Assembly (NCBI GenBank): GCA_051362555.1
Contig: CM120641.1
Coordinates: 44,336,401-44,400,400, forward strand
DNA length: 64,000 nucleotides
Source of the DNA: Lingula anatina
Lineage: Eukaryota > Animalia > Brachiopoda
Direction: 5' to 3'
Shown: piece after piece, positions 1 to 13,876 of the stretch
Layout: each line of letters begins with the position of its first letter
Numbering within the stretch: the first letter of the stretch is position 1
Translations under genes and position numbers: made by a program
Notes under the pieces: generated by a model
What the model saw: only the letters and a program-made list of their open reading frames with translations
What the model was told of the DNA's origin: nothing
The model's database searches: none

Positions 1-2597
1 TAGTCAGGAAAACTACGACTGGCTGGGTTAGAGAACCGAAGCCTGAGAAAGGAACTCGCCCAACTTTGGGGAAAAGCACTCCTATGTATTTGTTCAGTAC
101 GCAATACGTGTATGGGCCGCGGCAAGTGGGATCGACTACTTGTGTATAATTTTAAGTAAACATGACCTAGAAAACTGCCCGAAATGTTCCGCTTTCTATT
201 CCAATTTTCCACGCTTTGTGTTGTTTCCTTTTTTGATAACCACTTTTCCCACAGTTTTTGTGTTGTCATTTATAACGTCATATTTTTATTATATCAATCG
301 AAATAGACGTGTTTTCATTTTTGCCTCCTGTTTCGGTGCTGCTTATGTGTGTCTCGACCTTTCCGCTCGTCAGTCAACTTGTCTGTCTGGTCCTCCCGTC
401 TCTCTCTCTCTCTCTCCATAAAGGCATGTGTGTTTGCGCGTGTGCACACACACACACACACTCCCATCGCCGCTCGAATTATCTTCAGTTCACATGTTCA
501 CAAAGGAAACGCACAGAAAAAATCAAAAGGGGAGGGGGGATTTCAATTAATTGTTGCCCTCCATCTTTTCATTTTTAAGTTAAAACCATGGCCCTCCCCC
601 GCCAGTATCTAAACTATGTTTTAGGGGTCATCTCAAAATAAGAGTTCTTAACAGTACCGACAAATCGGTTGTATACAATTTAACTTTTTAGGTCAGTTTG
701 AGGCACAAAGATCCGGTTTATATCTGTTTTTTTCTTTCGTTCGATGACTCCCCTTATAGTGATTATAGGGCATGTTTTTCACAAAATAGATTCAGTTTGA
801 TCCCATGAGAACCCGGATTGAAGCGTTAAACGTCATCCCGTTAACGATCCTGGTTCCACGAAATCACGGCGTCCCGTGTCCAAGAACAGTTTCACAGGGT
901 CAGGATTCAAAACAATGGCCTGCACGTTCGAACATGCACTGTCACTTTGAAAACGAGCACGTTTTCACCGGTCGACAGTTCTGTGACCCCCCCCCCCCCC
1001 CCCCCCTTCAACATGCTCGGAAATTTAACTTCATTGGTAACTTAACTGAAGATCTTTCATCCAAAATCGGAATAATTTCTTCTACTTCACGAAAACCAAA
1101 AACGGATTGGGGGGGGGGGGGGGGGGGGGGGGGCAGAGCGATCACGTCAATCCCCCCCATATACAGATATTGCAAAACAACATAAGGATTTCAAATTCAA
1201 AACTTGGGAATTTGTTGTATATGGTAAGTGATAAAATTGAAAAAGAAATCTTCTTTGTTAAGCAACGATACAAGAAAGAGATTACTTTTATATTTTAAAA
1301 GTTTTCACAAACGCCGTTTTCGTCTACACTACTTTAAGCCAGCGCACATCAATGTATACTGAAAGCTGAACTCACGTGAGTGAGTTCTGGAAGATAAACT
1401 TTATTCATTGTAGCGCATGCATCTACATGGGTAGATGAAGATACACAATAGAAATGTAATTTTAAATTAGTATTTTATCAAACAATGACATAATATGACA
1501 ACTGAACTTTCTTGTCCACAATGAAGCACAAGAGTACGATGCATATTTTGAAACAGATATATATTTTTGGATTGAAAAGTGCACTTTTATAATGAAAAAT
1601 TCAAAAGAGGATTGTAAAATCTCTGGATAAACGTTTGAACCAGACCCTTGAGAAAAGACATGGCAGCTATGCTGCAACCTGTCATTTTATCAAGGAATTA
1701 ACAAGTAAGATGATGACTGTGTACGTTGTTATGGACTATACTGTTCTTTTATTATATGTGCAATGTCACAATCTATTGTGTGTTGATGTATGTGACATAT
1801 ACTGCTTTTATATTAATTATGGAAATCACACTGGGTAACAAGGAAGCCGAGTCATTAATCACGCTCTGTGCTTCACTCGTGATAGCCATGCTATTCTTAA
1901 TTTTTTCAGGTCAGTGTTCGTCTTTAAACTCCGTGCATTGATGAAAGCTTATGTTACACACTTTAAAGAAACAAAAAACATCTTAGCTTGTTTTTCTATA
2001 AAATGAAAACAAAACAAGGAGTACTTACATAGAAATCAAATGTCACGTAGGATATGATACACCCGTGGTATATTCAGTGATTTTGTCAGTTCTGTGTTCT
2101 CTACAGTTGAAGCGAGGGATGTCCATTTAAAAGGGAGGGCAATGTATTATGAGTGGCTTTGTAGACAATAACTAGCCCATCATTCTGAAGATTTTCCATA
2201 ATTATCATAATTGCTTCTTTTACAGTAGTAATTTCTTTCGAAAATTGATCCATAAATTAAATGGCTCTTTCCGTGCATTTTTCACTTAGCATGCATTGTA
2301 CACTGTTACTCAAAAAGATAGGTACATCTATGGATATTTGTGAACTTGGCTTACAAAAATGACTTTTAACGTACTGATGTATGACTTAATACAATACAAA
2401 TGTGATAAAAAAAGTCACTGAAGATGCAAATGATACAAATTGTAATTTCTGTGGGCCACGTGTTTGCAGTTTGTGAAGGACAGTTTGAGAGCTTCAAATA
2501 AATTATGGTGGACACCATGACAGTTATGCAAATTAATCGCTTCTTTTCTCCTGAAATTGTTTTCGCTAGTTGCGACACCTGGTCATTGCAGTGTGCA

Positions 2598-2646
<49 letters not shown>

Positions 2647-2851
2647 CATTTACCTGGTACTTGGTAAAAACTAGTTTGTGTGCGATTTCTAGTGTGTGTT
2701 AGAGTTCGCGTGTGGACGTTCGTGTACATGTTTGTGTGTGCACGTTTGCATACGAGAGTGTCTCCTTCAGCGTCATCAACAACCTCTCTGATAAGACAGC
2801 AGAAATCAGAACTATTATCAATCTTATTCACTCAATATGGAAACAAATAAA

Positions 2852-3190
2852 GGGCCTGGTTACACAAAATAAAAACTTAAATTGAAACTGAAAGGTGGAC
2901 TTGTTTTTTAGACTTCTTTAATTCAGGGTAAAGCCGTAGAACTCCACTAGAATAAAGTAACTATTGGTTTTAAGTGTGTTTTTGCTTTTTTGTGTTTAAT
3001 TTGTATTATGTATTGCATAATGTACTTATTTACAAGTCTAATAAAACTTTCTGAAAAAAAACTATTGACTTCAAGCCCAGACCATTTCTTTCCTGTTACA
3101 ATTAAATGCACGACTACTGATTTATTTTGAGTCAAAGTGGATTTTGTCTTTAGTGTATTTGTTTTAAAACTTCTTCATGAAACCGACCCC
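2852..3190. mobile_element. Degenerate MITE, copy 1 of a family also at 37111-37326 and 46996-47272
   Basis: Imperfect terminal inverted repeats (gggcctggttacacaaaa ... ttcatgaaaccgacccc). Internal core ccactagaa...gtaactattgg is shared with the other two copies. Carries an AT-rich insertion. Confidence 0.45.
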
Positions 3191-3329
3191 AATATACATG
3201 TATAAGGGTGAGGTTAGGGTTAACAACTAATATCCAGATGTGTTAGCTGAGCTTCAGTCGAACACAATGCGCACCTGTGTCACTGAACGTTCTCTTTAAC
3301 CCTAAACGATATGATTTATGCAGACGCTT

Positions 3330-3563
3330 TATAAATCTTCCCAGCAGAGATCGCCTTCTGAAAAAAAAAAAAAAAATGCCGAACAGTTAGAAGGAAGGAG
3401 GTAGCTCAACGCAAGACCGGTAGCGAGGCTTGTGAAAGGAAAGGAGAATGACCTCAACCAACGCAGCAGGTAGATCTATTATAGCAGTCCGTCACTGTGA
3501 CAGGAGAAACTCTTATTTATTGCTCCGCGTTAGTTTTGCCCCGATCAAGCAGCCAACAACAAG
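3330..3563 (+). promoter_or_regulatory. Putative TATA box and non-coding first exon of the 5458 gene
   Basis: TATAAA at 3330-3335, donor AAG|GTAAAT at 3563/3564, and a matching acceptor tatttttcag| at 5400 just upstream of ATG 5458. Confidence 0.45.
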
Positions 3564-5457
3564 GTAAATGTGTGGTATTCTATTCTTTTATATTTAAATC
3601 ATTGGTAATGCAGTTGTATATTTTCTCTCACATCAAGATACGTGTTGTGTAAGTTTTGAATTTATTCATATTAAACCGAGCTCATTCAGAGTTTTGTAAC
3701 GGCGTTCTTCTGAGTTAGGTCGAGGTCAGGGAATAATTTTTGGCGATATATGGTTCACAGGATACTTATAACGTGATTAGAATAGAGAAATTATGAAGGA
3801 AAATTCCCTCGTGACGCCCTTTCCCTCGTTAAAACGCATGACATAATAACACAGAAAACTTCACTTCCGATAACAAAAAACGTTTTTTAAACCACGAAAC
3901 AATAAATTTTCTGGCAAATTAGATTACTTTTAGATGGTTTGGTTGGAACTATTGGTCCCTGAAACTGAAATACGGTTATTAGCTGGTAAGTGTGGTGTGG
4001 GTGATGGCCTATGGTGTAATGGCAGCTTCTTGGGGTCAAACAGTAGCGGTGCACGGTACGGCAGCTGCTCAAGAACTCAGTGTATAGGAACTGAGGCCGT
4101 TAAACGTTTCTAATGCTGTGACGATTACACAGAACCTAACGTTAAAAACGTGTTTAACTGCTGTAAGTTTTAGAGTACATCAAAGATAAAGTTATACTGC
4201 CTGAATCAGAAATTTCATATAAATTAAAAATAATAATATAATTTAATTTAGATATAAATACACCATTGGACTTTAAAGGGACCTGGTTAATATGCCGGGA
4301 ATTTCGATACAAATAAACGTACAGATAGTGCATTTATCTGAAAGACAAAATCAGGATTAGATATTCATATACTGAACCGAGGCATTTAACTGTACTGGTA
4401 ACTCTAGCAGAGTTATTTCTTCAAGTGACATGAGATAAAAAATGCTCATATCAGTCAAAATCAGAAAAATATTTGAGGGGAAAATGTATTAGAAAAACGA
4501 AAAGTCATACATATAAAAGACGCATAAACAGAAAAGATTTTTAATCCTATGTTTTTGAAAATAATGCATAGAAGCTGGAAAATGGTCTTAGATGGCTTTG
4601 CAAAATCCATTGACCAAAGGCTTGCTGCAGCGTTGCCAGGCGTTTCAGGAAACGCGGGGCACAGAAAGAGTGCGTTATCATTACTCATCAGTGCACTTGC
4701 CTACTCCCACGTACCTCATTAAGGCGTACCCAAACGGCATTTTCTATCAAAAGATCGATATAACATTCTGTACATTTTGGATATTTGAAGCCAGTCTTCG
4801 GCGTCAGGGCCTTTTGCCTGGGTCATTTCATGGACAATATATTATGATGGCCCTAGTTTTGTATCGTTTCTGTACGTGGCTTTTGAAGTAAATACACGTA
4901 TGGTTGTTTTTGTGAAATATGACATTTTTCATAGTTGTAATCGTTTTGACAGTGATGGGTAAATTACTTTTTCTTTCTTTTATCTATTTTTTATTTATTT
5001 TTTTTTCATTCATTGATTTTAATATCACATTGTTGACTGTGGGTGCGTTCCTTTCGGAAATTCACAAGGGTTTTTTCTTATTATTCTCTAGATTATATTG
5101 GCGCCTTGTGAGATGAGAAAACTCAATTGATAATCTAGACAGCTTGTCAGTAGTGCCTTAGCCTTATATCGATTTCTCAAAAAAGACTAAAGGACAAATC
5201 AGTTCACAGTTCCTCATTTTTCTGGCACTTGAAGCACAGGTGAGAACCACGAGACCGTCAATTTTCGGTTCGAAAAACGAACATAACAAATCATTGTTTA
5301 AACACAAGACCTTTTCTAAAATAACACAGAGGTGATATAGAGTTGATTTGTTCAGTGTGACTATATGTAGTAACTAGGACAGTACATTTATATTTTTCAG
5401 AAGGAGCTATTCGTCAGAACTAAGTAGCTGAATTTTATTTTCTGAAGAGCGGCCTCC

Positions 5458-6918
5458 ATGATGTCAAGGTTGGTTGCCGTGTTCTGTGTTCTTGTCAACG
5501 GCGTGAATCTCGCGAGAGCCACGTGCAGTTTCCCAGAGACTCTTCTCACAGACAATTGGCAAGGGCATTACATACCAAGTGCAAGTCAAGGAAATAAAGT
5601 ACTTCAAGCAAATTTTACAACTGATCAGATGGACGTTCAGCTCCGTTCTTCTGTTGTTTGTTCGCGGCGTTGTATAAGCGCTATTGGCGATGTGTCCAAT
5701 AGGTATGTGAACGGACAAACCTACGTCGTGAGAGAAACTTGTGGATCCGATGCCGTGACATTCCGCTGTGTTCATTTTCTGAACCGTAGCACGACTGTTA
5801 TACAACTGAAATCTTCCAAATTTCCGTTGCAAAATCTTCCGCTGAACACTGAAGGGTTTTGCACAGACGACAATCTTGGGATCGAGTCATGGCCACTCGC
5901 TCGTCCCCTTCGAGATGAGACAGAGTTTGAAGACTGTCCTCTAACTGGAGGCTTTGAAATGACCCTTGGGACCAACACGAAATACTTGTTGCCTAATTTC
6001 CCCCGCGATGTGTGCTCTCCCCTCGCCCTAGACGGTAGCTGCCTTCCAGGGGAGAAGTTATCTTTTGATTTCAAAGACAGGTTCTGCGTCCCGGCAAAAG
6101 TTCGTTTAACTTGGAAAAGCAGTTTGCAAGGGAGTTGCACGGCCTCTTGGCAAGATGGTAATTACACGCTGATGCTGTTTGCAGCGGAGGGACAATACAA
6201 AACTATATCTCGCTACACGTTACGTTTTCCAGCAAATAATAGAAACATTATGAACGCGACGCTCTTTGCATCTCCAGCACTTGGGTCACCGGAACCGGAA
6301 GATTCGGGGCTTGACGTCGGTGCACCAGCAGTTGAACTTCATTTAAAGCGGCCAAAATTGCGAGGTTGGTCGGACGTTTGTCAGGACAACCAGGATGACT
6401 GTGACTGGGCAATATGTGACGGACGCTACGGACCCTATGGTCACCGTTGTTTGAGGTCCTGTGGTCACTGCAATGACACTTATAACAGAATTGCTACACG
6501 GTGTGAGTTCCCGTCGAACTACAGTGGCTCATGGAGAACTGCCTCCAACAGCGTTTTCACTGTGATAAGTGGGACGATAGTTGTCCCAGAATACGGCGAC
6601 ATGACTTGTATAGACTTTCAGTCTCCCGATCTACCAAACCGTTTTGTCGTTCTGTCAATGCCGACTAACGGTTGCCGACCGAGGTACAAATGTCTTGATC
6701 TCGAAAAAACCGACGGGAAATTAAGGTGGCGGATTAACAACGGGTTCGAACCATGGCCTGGATACGGCGTGAGACTGCCCTCGTTCACGTCGGTATGTAA
6801 CGAGACTTTACGAGATTGGACCGAGTGGGAGACGTTAAGTCGAGGAATTCAAGTTACCCCTTCTATCTTAATTCTCGTGTTATTTGTATTGGCGGAACTT
6901 TTCCAAGCAATCTTTTAA
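5458..6918 (+). CDS. Secreted/cell-surface Cys-rich protein (486 aa): signal peptide, repeated CxFPxxxxxxW/CPxxG units, ShKT-like module, C-terminal hydrophobic tail (GPI signal or TM)
   Basis: Long uninterrupted ORF. Hydrophobic N-terminus. Units CSFPETLLTDNW, CPLTGGF and CEFPSNYSGSW, plus GCRPRYKCL. ShKT-like CQDNQDDC...CLRSCGHC. Tail ILILVLFVLAELFQAIF. AATAAA at 6972. Confidence 0.85.
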   Translation: MMSRLVAVFCVLVNGVNLARATCSFPETLLTDNWQGHYIPSASQGNKVLQANFTTDQMDVQLRSSVVCSRRCISAIGDVSNRYVNGQTYVVRETCGSDAVTFRCVHFLNRSTTVIQLKSSKFPLQNLPLNTEGFCTDDNLGIESWPLARPLRDETEFEDCPLTGGFEMTLGTNTKYLLPNFPRDVCSPLALDGSCLPGEKLSFDFKDRFCVPAKVRLTWKSSLQGSCTASWQDGNYTLMLFAAEGQYKTISRYTLRFPANNRNIMNATLFASPALGSPEPEDSGLDVGAPAVELHLKRPKLRGWSDVCQDNQDDCDWAICDGRYGPYGHRCLRSCGHCNDTYNRIATRCEFPSNYSGSWRTASNSVFTVISGTIVVPEYGDMTCIDFQSPDLPNRFVVLSMPTNGCRPRYKCLDLEKTDGKLRWRINNGFEPWPGYGVRLPSFTSVCNETLRDWTEWETLSRGIQVTPSILILVLFVLAELFQAIF

Positions 6919-9238
6919 GGTTGATGCAGTTATTGCAGAAAGTCGGGGTTTGGAGTTATCTACTTTGCTTGAATAAAGGCTATTTTTGTAATGACTTCAC
7001 GCAGCTAGGCCGAGGTGACTGAAGGTTTGGTACTTAAAGGGTTAAGTTACTTAAAAAGTGGATGTTTTTGTTAAAAAGAAAAAAGTTTGGCAAATTTTGT
7101 GGTCTGAAAGTGAAATGGGTCAAAAGCAAGATGTGAATAACCGATCAAGTGTCGAATTTTAAGACATTTTTGAAGTTGTGAACAAGACCTACAATCCCAC
7201 CCCCACCACTCCCGAAAGAAGGAACACATACATTTACAAGGATACTTTAGCGAACGCCGGGGTTAACCTGTTTAAACTGCGATACATTTGGGCGTAAACA
7301 TGATTAGTCACATTTAAAGCACATACTTGGGGCCAAACAAAACCATCCACTGTATGCGTCATCCGAAATCTTATTTATCTGATATTCAAGATTGTCACTT
7401 TCAAGCAAAGTATAACATTTTTATAACATTGCAACAGATATGAGTTAATGTTTGATTTATTTTTCTATGTATTGCAATTGACAATGGATTTACTTGAGTA
7501 AAAACAAGTGAAGATAATAACAATGGACTTTTAAATTGTTTTGATTGTTTTCTTTTTTGAACATTTCATGGATTTATCTTACTGGTTAAAAGTTTTTTTA
7601 CCAGTAGTATGTACATACGCGCGCTCGCTCGCGCGAGATGTATCAGTGCGGAGATTTAAGGTGAATGGATGTTTGCAAACATTTAAAATATCCTGGCGAT
7701 CTCTAAACTTTCCAAAATTACGATATAAGTTGATTTCGGTATACAGTTTTGGTATAAACACAACTTGAGAAACATCGTAATCTGGAACCGTTATCTTTCA
7801 AAAAAATCTGTCAGTCTTCTAGTAAAAGAAAAATTATGTCAAAATTCAATTACTGGCTGACGAAGCTTGGTTTTGGAAAAAGGGTGGCGCACGTAGACTT
7901 TATAGATAAAATGTTTTGCGAACTTTTTGAATACCAGTATAAGCCTTGTGAAATATACAATGGAAATCAAATCACTGCAGTAAGTTGATATTGCAGTGGA
8001 TAGAAAATCCGCTGATAAATGATTTCTGATCGGAAATTACTGATGCCATAAGGATATATTTTAGGGTCCCTGCTGTATGTAATTAAGAACCCCTTGCCGT
8101 ACATGTAGGCAGTAGACTTTACCTTATCCTTGTCACTTCGATCGATTCATTTTGAGACGAACCTAAAAATATCAACAGGAGAAAATAACAACTATAAAGA
8201 ACGCCCATTTATCTCTTCAAGATTCGGGGGCGTTTCAGGTCATTTGGTCGTGAGAGTAGCTACAGCGTTTGCACTACCTTCTAACTGGGAGTCTCAGGGG
8301 ACCCTTGTAAATGCTGTTTCTGTCGTTTTTGTCACATCAGCTTAGCCACATTGCAGATATTTTTTTCTGCGTAGGTAGTATGCTTGATCGAAAATCATTA
8401 ACTCTGAAACCCAAGCTTGTAATGACGTCTGCTTCAAAATAGAAGAAAAGAGTTGAGAGTAGATGGCCTTGGCAAATGTGAGGAGATTTTTTACTTACCA
8501 TTTAGTGGTGTCAATGTAGATTAGAGTAGAGATGTAATGTTCATATACCCTAAAGGAGAAGATCAACGATGACATCAATAAAGACGACAGAAAGTAAGAA
8601 GGAGAAAAAGAAAAAAAAACAAGTACGAGAGGGAAACAGAGAAAGAAATAGTAGTAGAAAAGAGAACAATAACAACAATTACGGTGGAGAGAGAGAGAGA
8701 TAGAGAATATGTCTACTTGTCTTTTTTTTCATTTTACTCATAATAGTGATGCATAATCGCTACCTTAGTGCAAATCCAAAGTGCGCCATGGATTCTACAT
8801 AATTTCATCTGGATCCACATTGTGAAATTTTCAAACCCGTCAGCCGTTCGTGGTGTTTTCTGAAGAAATCACTTATGCCAATAATAGTCTTCGTTGCGTA
8901 TTTCCTTTTTCAATTTTTTTCCTTTTCATCTTTTCATCTTCTGTGCCATGTGAGACACCCATCAAAGGCCGCCTGTTGATTAAAGTCGACGATATAATAG
9001 TGTTTTGTAAAACGCAATTACTAATTATCACAAGAGAACACGGCGACATGCCAAAATAATTATAGGCGCCGTTCTCTGTTCATAACACTGTGTTGAACAC
9101 CTATTGTGGGTGTTTTCGTGAATTTAGCCTAAAATGTTTGATTCTCGTTTATTTTATTTTTTTTTTTTTCTACATTTGGTGAAATACTAGCCGGTTATAT
9201 TTATTAGGCACATTACACCGAAGCACCACTCTGGAAGG

Positions 9239-10011
9239 ATGGGAGATAAGACCAAGAATGTTAATGCCCTACTAGAGCTTCTTTATAAAACACAATGCAC
9301 CTTATACATGTAGATTATTGGTAACACAGTTAAAATCTCAATTACCGCAATTGACGCCCACCTTCAGTTCAGTGCCTTGGCATGCAACAGTTGCTTTGGA
9401 AAACAATTTGAAAAATCATGTAGCACATTTTAGAGACGACAGGATACGCTAAATAATCAGTGTAAACCCCTGTTTCACAGGGCTTGCGGCCACCTGGAGA
9501 ACAAATTATGGCCCATTCTACCAATGATGAGAATGGACCGAAATTCGTTTTCCAAGCGGTGTTAGATTCAAGGGTTGCCTTAGATTTTTGTGCTGTCTAG
9601 ATTTTACGCCAACTACAAGAATAGAATATTGTAATCAGATCATTTAATTATTATTTCTTAACAGACAGTGCACAACCCTAGTGTACTCCGAAAAATACGA
9701 CTCAGTGAGAAGAAATTGGACCCCGTGGAACAGGTAAGCTTTTTTTATCTCTACTTTGGCCTACTTTTTCTTTTTTACCGTTTTATTTATGATTATCCCT
9801 GTGGGGTCCACCACTGGCAACGTTATTGGGTTCTTAAAGCTGTATTGTAAAACGAGAGGAGTGAGAGATCAGTTGGAGATCAGGTGGAATTCATGGCTTT
9901 TCCCCGATATCGTCACCTCTCACCATCCCCAGGAACATCCAATCTTCCTAGAGATGATAAGTTTGATTCAATTGTTATTTCTCTAAACAGGTCAGACGGG
10001 ACACCATTTGA
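9239..10011 (+). CDS. Candidate small spliced gene (about 62 aa), unknown product
   Basis: Putative exons 9239-9259, 9481-9558, 9665-9733, 9991-10011, all phase 0. Good acceptors (tttcacag, ttcttaacag, tctaaacag), one strong donor (CAG|GTAAGC at 9733) and two weak donors. Confidence 0.3.
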
Positions 10012-10569
10012 GTTTGGACTAAGGTCAGCTGAAAATGAGACAGCTTCTGAGCGGAGACATGCCGATTTTCACAAGTCATTAAAGTTAACTCACATCATAC
10101 CATTTTCCTAGATTTTTGTGAAATTCCGACCATGAAAAAAGTTAATTTCTATTTCTTGTTATTGTGGACCCTTTTACTCATTTTACAACTACTGATTCAC
10201 ATTCATTTGAAAGTTTTTAAATTTCTTGAGAAATTTGGTATAGACCAAAATACTAAGTCAAAACTTATTTCATTTTGTACATTTTATTTCAAGCTAATTT
10301 GAGTTTAACGAAAATAAATTTAAGATACGCAGTTAAAGATCTATATCCATATTTAGTTTATTTTTACCTTCGTTCATTGTTTTGTTATATCTTTGCTTTC
10401 AGTTACTGAAAAACAGTATTGATAGGCACTGATAGGCATTTACAATGTTAGTTTTTTTTTTTTCGGTAATATTTATGTATTTTCGCGTGCTTTAATACGA
10501 AATGAATCTATCTGCACAGAAGTTGCGTGATGTAAATAGCTTTTTGGCAAAAATGTGAAAGGACACTCT

Positions 10570-10570
<1 letters not shown>

Positions 10571-10622
<52 letters not shown>
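10571..10622. repeat. Poly(A) tract, about 52 nt
   Basis: Seen directly. No flanking target-site duplication recognised. Confidence 0.95.
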
Positions 10623-10623
<1 letters not shown>

Positions 10624-13524
10624 ATAGGAATAGATGATAATTACACTGTTATTGGCGGGACCGGACTGTTTCAGCCAAATGATATTTTTCAAATCGACAC
10701 AAATAACCTTAGATTGACTTTTAATCTGTGTCATGATTTGTGCAAAATGAGTATATTCAAAATGAAACGTGTTGGTAGTAATGTCATGGTTGGTTTACAG
10801 TTTTTAACTTTGCTTGATTTCCGAATCGATTTTTTTCGAAGCACTTCGACTTGTAGATTTAGTTTTTTTTTCATAGTTTTGTAACTTATTGTTTTTCTTG
10901 AAACTGTTAAAGATGTAGACTATCAATAATAATTATTTGATGATGTTCGCAAATTTGCAAAATGCTATGCCCCACACGGACTTGCTGCTTTCTGGTCTCG
11001 AGTCTTGCTCACTGAGCTACCGACTTGATTTAATATTTCCTTGTAATATCCTTATTATGTCCTCATATAGTGAACAAAATTATTCCCAAGTTTGTTGTAA
11101 CATACGTATTACTTGGACACAGGAGCACCCGTGTGGGAACCCACGATCTTCTGACTCGAGGTTTAACGCGATACCTACTCCTCTAAGTAATCCCACCCAC
11201 CCACCCGTACGTGATCAACTTCGAGGGAGTTCATCGGAGGAACCCTGGGTGGTAGGTAAATTCACTTTTTTTTACATAAACACAAGAATACACACCAAAT
11301 TAAATAATCACAGAATAACCATTTCTTCGTCCTAAATGTGCCCATAAAATATACTCAGCACCTTACAGTAACCAAAATAGTAGTTATTTTTTAATTCTGC
11401 GGTTCCCCAAACTAGGCCACACAACCGACGTTAGAAATAACAAGACCATATATCTAAGTCAATTCAAATGTACTTTATTTTCATACTAATACATGCTTAT
11501 GCATGATTATTTACAAAGGGTACAAAAATGGTCTCTTTTATTTAATTCTTTTATTATTTTGCTCAGTATGCGATGTCCTAATAAATGTAATTGCAAAACA
11601 TTTTTTACTTATCCTACTTGTAAAAACTTTGACATCAATCTAATTTCGGGTTAAATTCTGATATCGTTTACAATTACTGATATTAGAAAGGCAGGGACCA
11701 TTTTCTTAAGTTTTTCTTTTTGTTTTGTTTTTTATAAAAGCAATTGCAGTTGACAGGCGTACCAGTTACCTGAAACTCAACAGATCATCATATTCTCTCC
11801 TTTCACCTTTTTTTATCAAATACAATTTCCTTCGAGTTGACAGAGCTCAGTTATCAAATCTACTTAAATATATATTCTTTATAACCTAAAACAACTGGGT
11901 GTGGATATACTGAACGAATAAACAACGCATTTTTGAAGTATTTTATAATAATTTATAACACCATATATGACCAATCCAGTTTTTCAATTAAAATCAATAT
12001 TCATATATTTCATAGAGAATTAACAATAGAAGGTAGAACTTGATATTAAACTATACAAAAATCATGCAAGTACTTACTAACATGCGTTTTTTAGTATTCT
12101 GTTCAGTTAACATTTTTCAATGCTAACATTTTATATAAATTGAGTCCACTGAATTTGTTTTAGTTTAAACTTAACATACCTGACCAAAAAATCAGCGATA
12201 CGAAAAAACTCTCGATAATATATCATAAACAGACTTCAAAATATTTTACGTTTTTACAGAAGTGCTAAAAATGAAGCCAGGCTTAAGGCTGTGGGTTTTC
12301 TTTTCGTCAATGTTACACTAGCGGATTCAGTACGAATATATATCTTATGAGATCTCCTAAATGTGGTAATAATTTTAGTTAATAATTTTACTGAAAGCAA
12401 CATCACTATTATCCCTTTAAGCATTAACTAGACTCCTACATGTAGTATCACAAATCTTGAAGAGGCCTATTATGTCATTGTTGTCTTGCTATGATAAAAA
12501 CTATAGCAGGATTTTAATCATTTTTGTTTGTGGTGGGAGAGAGAGAGCGAGAAAAACATGGAAAGAGATTGACTTACGGTTTACTCTTTTAGAACAAATC
12601 CTTAGGTAAGGCATCCTGCTCCGACGGTCAATACCGCAGCTAGTGTGATTCCACAAAGAATGATAATGTAAAGAGTAAAAAGTAAAGAGTAAATAGTAAA
12701 AATATAATGCACAAAACAGACATGGAGGTTAGGCGCAGTGTATTCAGCCATGTATTTGGGTCACCGGCTGTCCCTAATTATATATACTACTGTTCTTTCT
12801 GACCAAACGGTTTTCACCTGACAAGACCGTACTGCAGCGCCATCTGGGGGCAACAGAGGTTCAGGAACTCCTGTTTATTATTCCTGGTAACCAGCAAAAG
12901 GATATATGGATCGATATCTTTATGTATATACCTATATATGGTGTTAACTAAGTTTAACCTTAATGGAAATAAACCCGGATCAAGGAAGTAGTTGGTAGAC
13001 ATCTACTTCCTTAATTGAATAAACAAAGCTTCTTTCGGTTCTTAGGAAAGATTGTTTTATTTCTATGACAGCAAAATGAACTAGATTTACGTGATGTAAT
13101 AAAAAACGAGAATAGAATATTTACAGACACTTAACAAAAAATTAATCTGCCTATATACAGGTACCAGTGAATTGAGTCTACGCATGATAGATAATTATAG
13201 AGATGAAACGTAAAATAACTTGAAATTTCAGCAATTTTCATATCAGCATTGATTGTCTAACTTAGAAGAGTAACTTATAAATATAAGTGTGTGGGTGTGT
13301 GTAAAATACAAAAAGGAAACACTATATGGTTTTGTAAAGAAATGTTAAGCTCGACCTTGTGCCCTCATATAACTAGTAAGAATTGATCTGGGTTGGACAA
13401 ATGTGTGAGACGAATAGGTCAATATATTGAAAGAAAATAACAAAGCTTATCTTTAAAAAACATTGGTTTTCACGGTGAAACGCTGTAATTGCTCTATGTA
13501 ATATTACATAATCGACTTCTTTAC

Positions 13525-13839
13525 CTCACGCATCTTTTATTTGTCCTCCAGGTAGCGTAAAAGGACTTTCGGTGAAACTGTGCGGTTACTCCACCGTAAA
13601 TTTGTAAATGTGTAATATTACTCTATTACATTCACTTGCTGACGGTTTGGAATCAAACGGTGCTAAAAGAAGCTTACGTATTATATATTAAAATGTGTTT
13701 TTTTTTGTCCAGTGACACAGTAGTAACCATTATAATAAATAGTGTTGGAACATCGATAATTTATAGGTGTGCTTTCAATTCGCCGAACTTGACCAAATAT
13801 GGTCTCGATAATGAACCGAGTTAAAACAGTGCGAGATAT

Positions 13840-13876
<37 letters not shown>

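Noticed and set aside
987-1160. C20 and G25 tracts about 100 nt apart (hairpin or G-quadruplex)
   Set aside because: Homopolymer C/G runs recur across the window and the context looks like a decayed repeat end; no specific function can be supported.
4005-4080. tRNA-like start ggcctatggtgtaatggcagc
   Set aside because: A-box-like only; no B box (GTTCRA) and no cloverleaf.
5464-6140. Two 122-aa antisense ORFs within the 486-aa gene
   Set aside because: Shadows of the sense CDS.
10492-10884. Poly-Lys and poly-Phe ORFs
   Set aside because: Translation of the poly(A) tract; not coding.
11110-11190. Possible tRNA-derived SINE head on the minus strand; also a CORE-like segment near 61380-61405
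   Set aside because: Too degenerate to define boundaries or family by eye.
12570-12890. Exon-like minus-strand blocks, one reading as a hydrophobic helix
   Set aside because: Could not be joined into a coherent open gene model.
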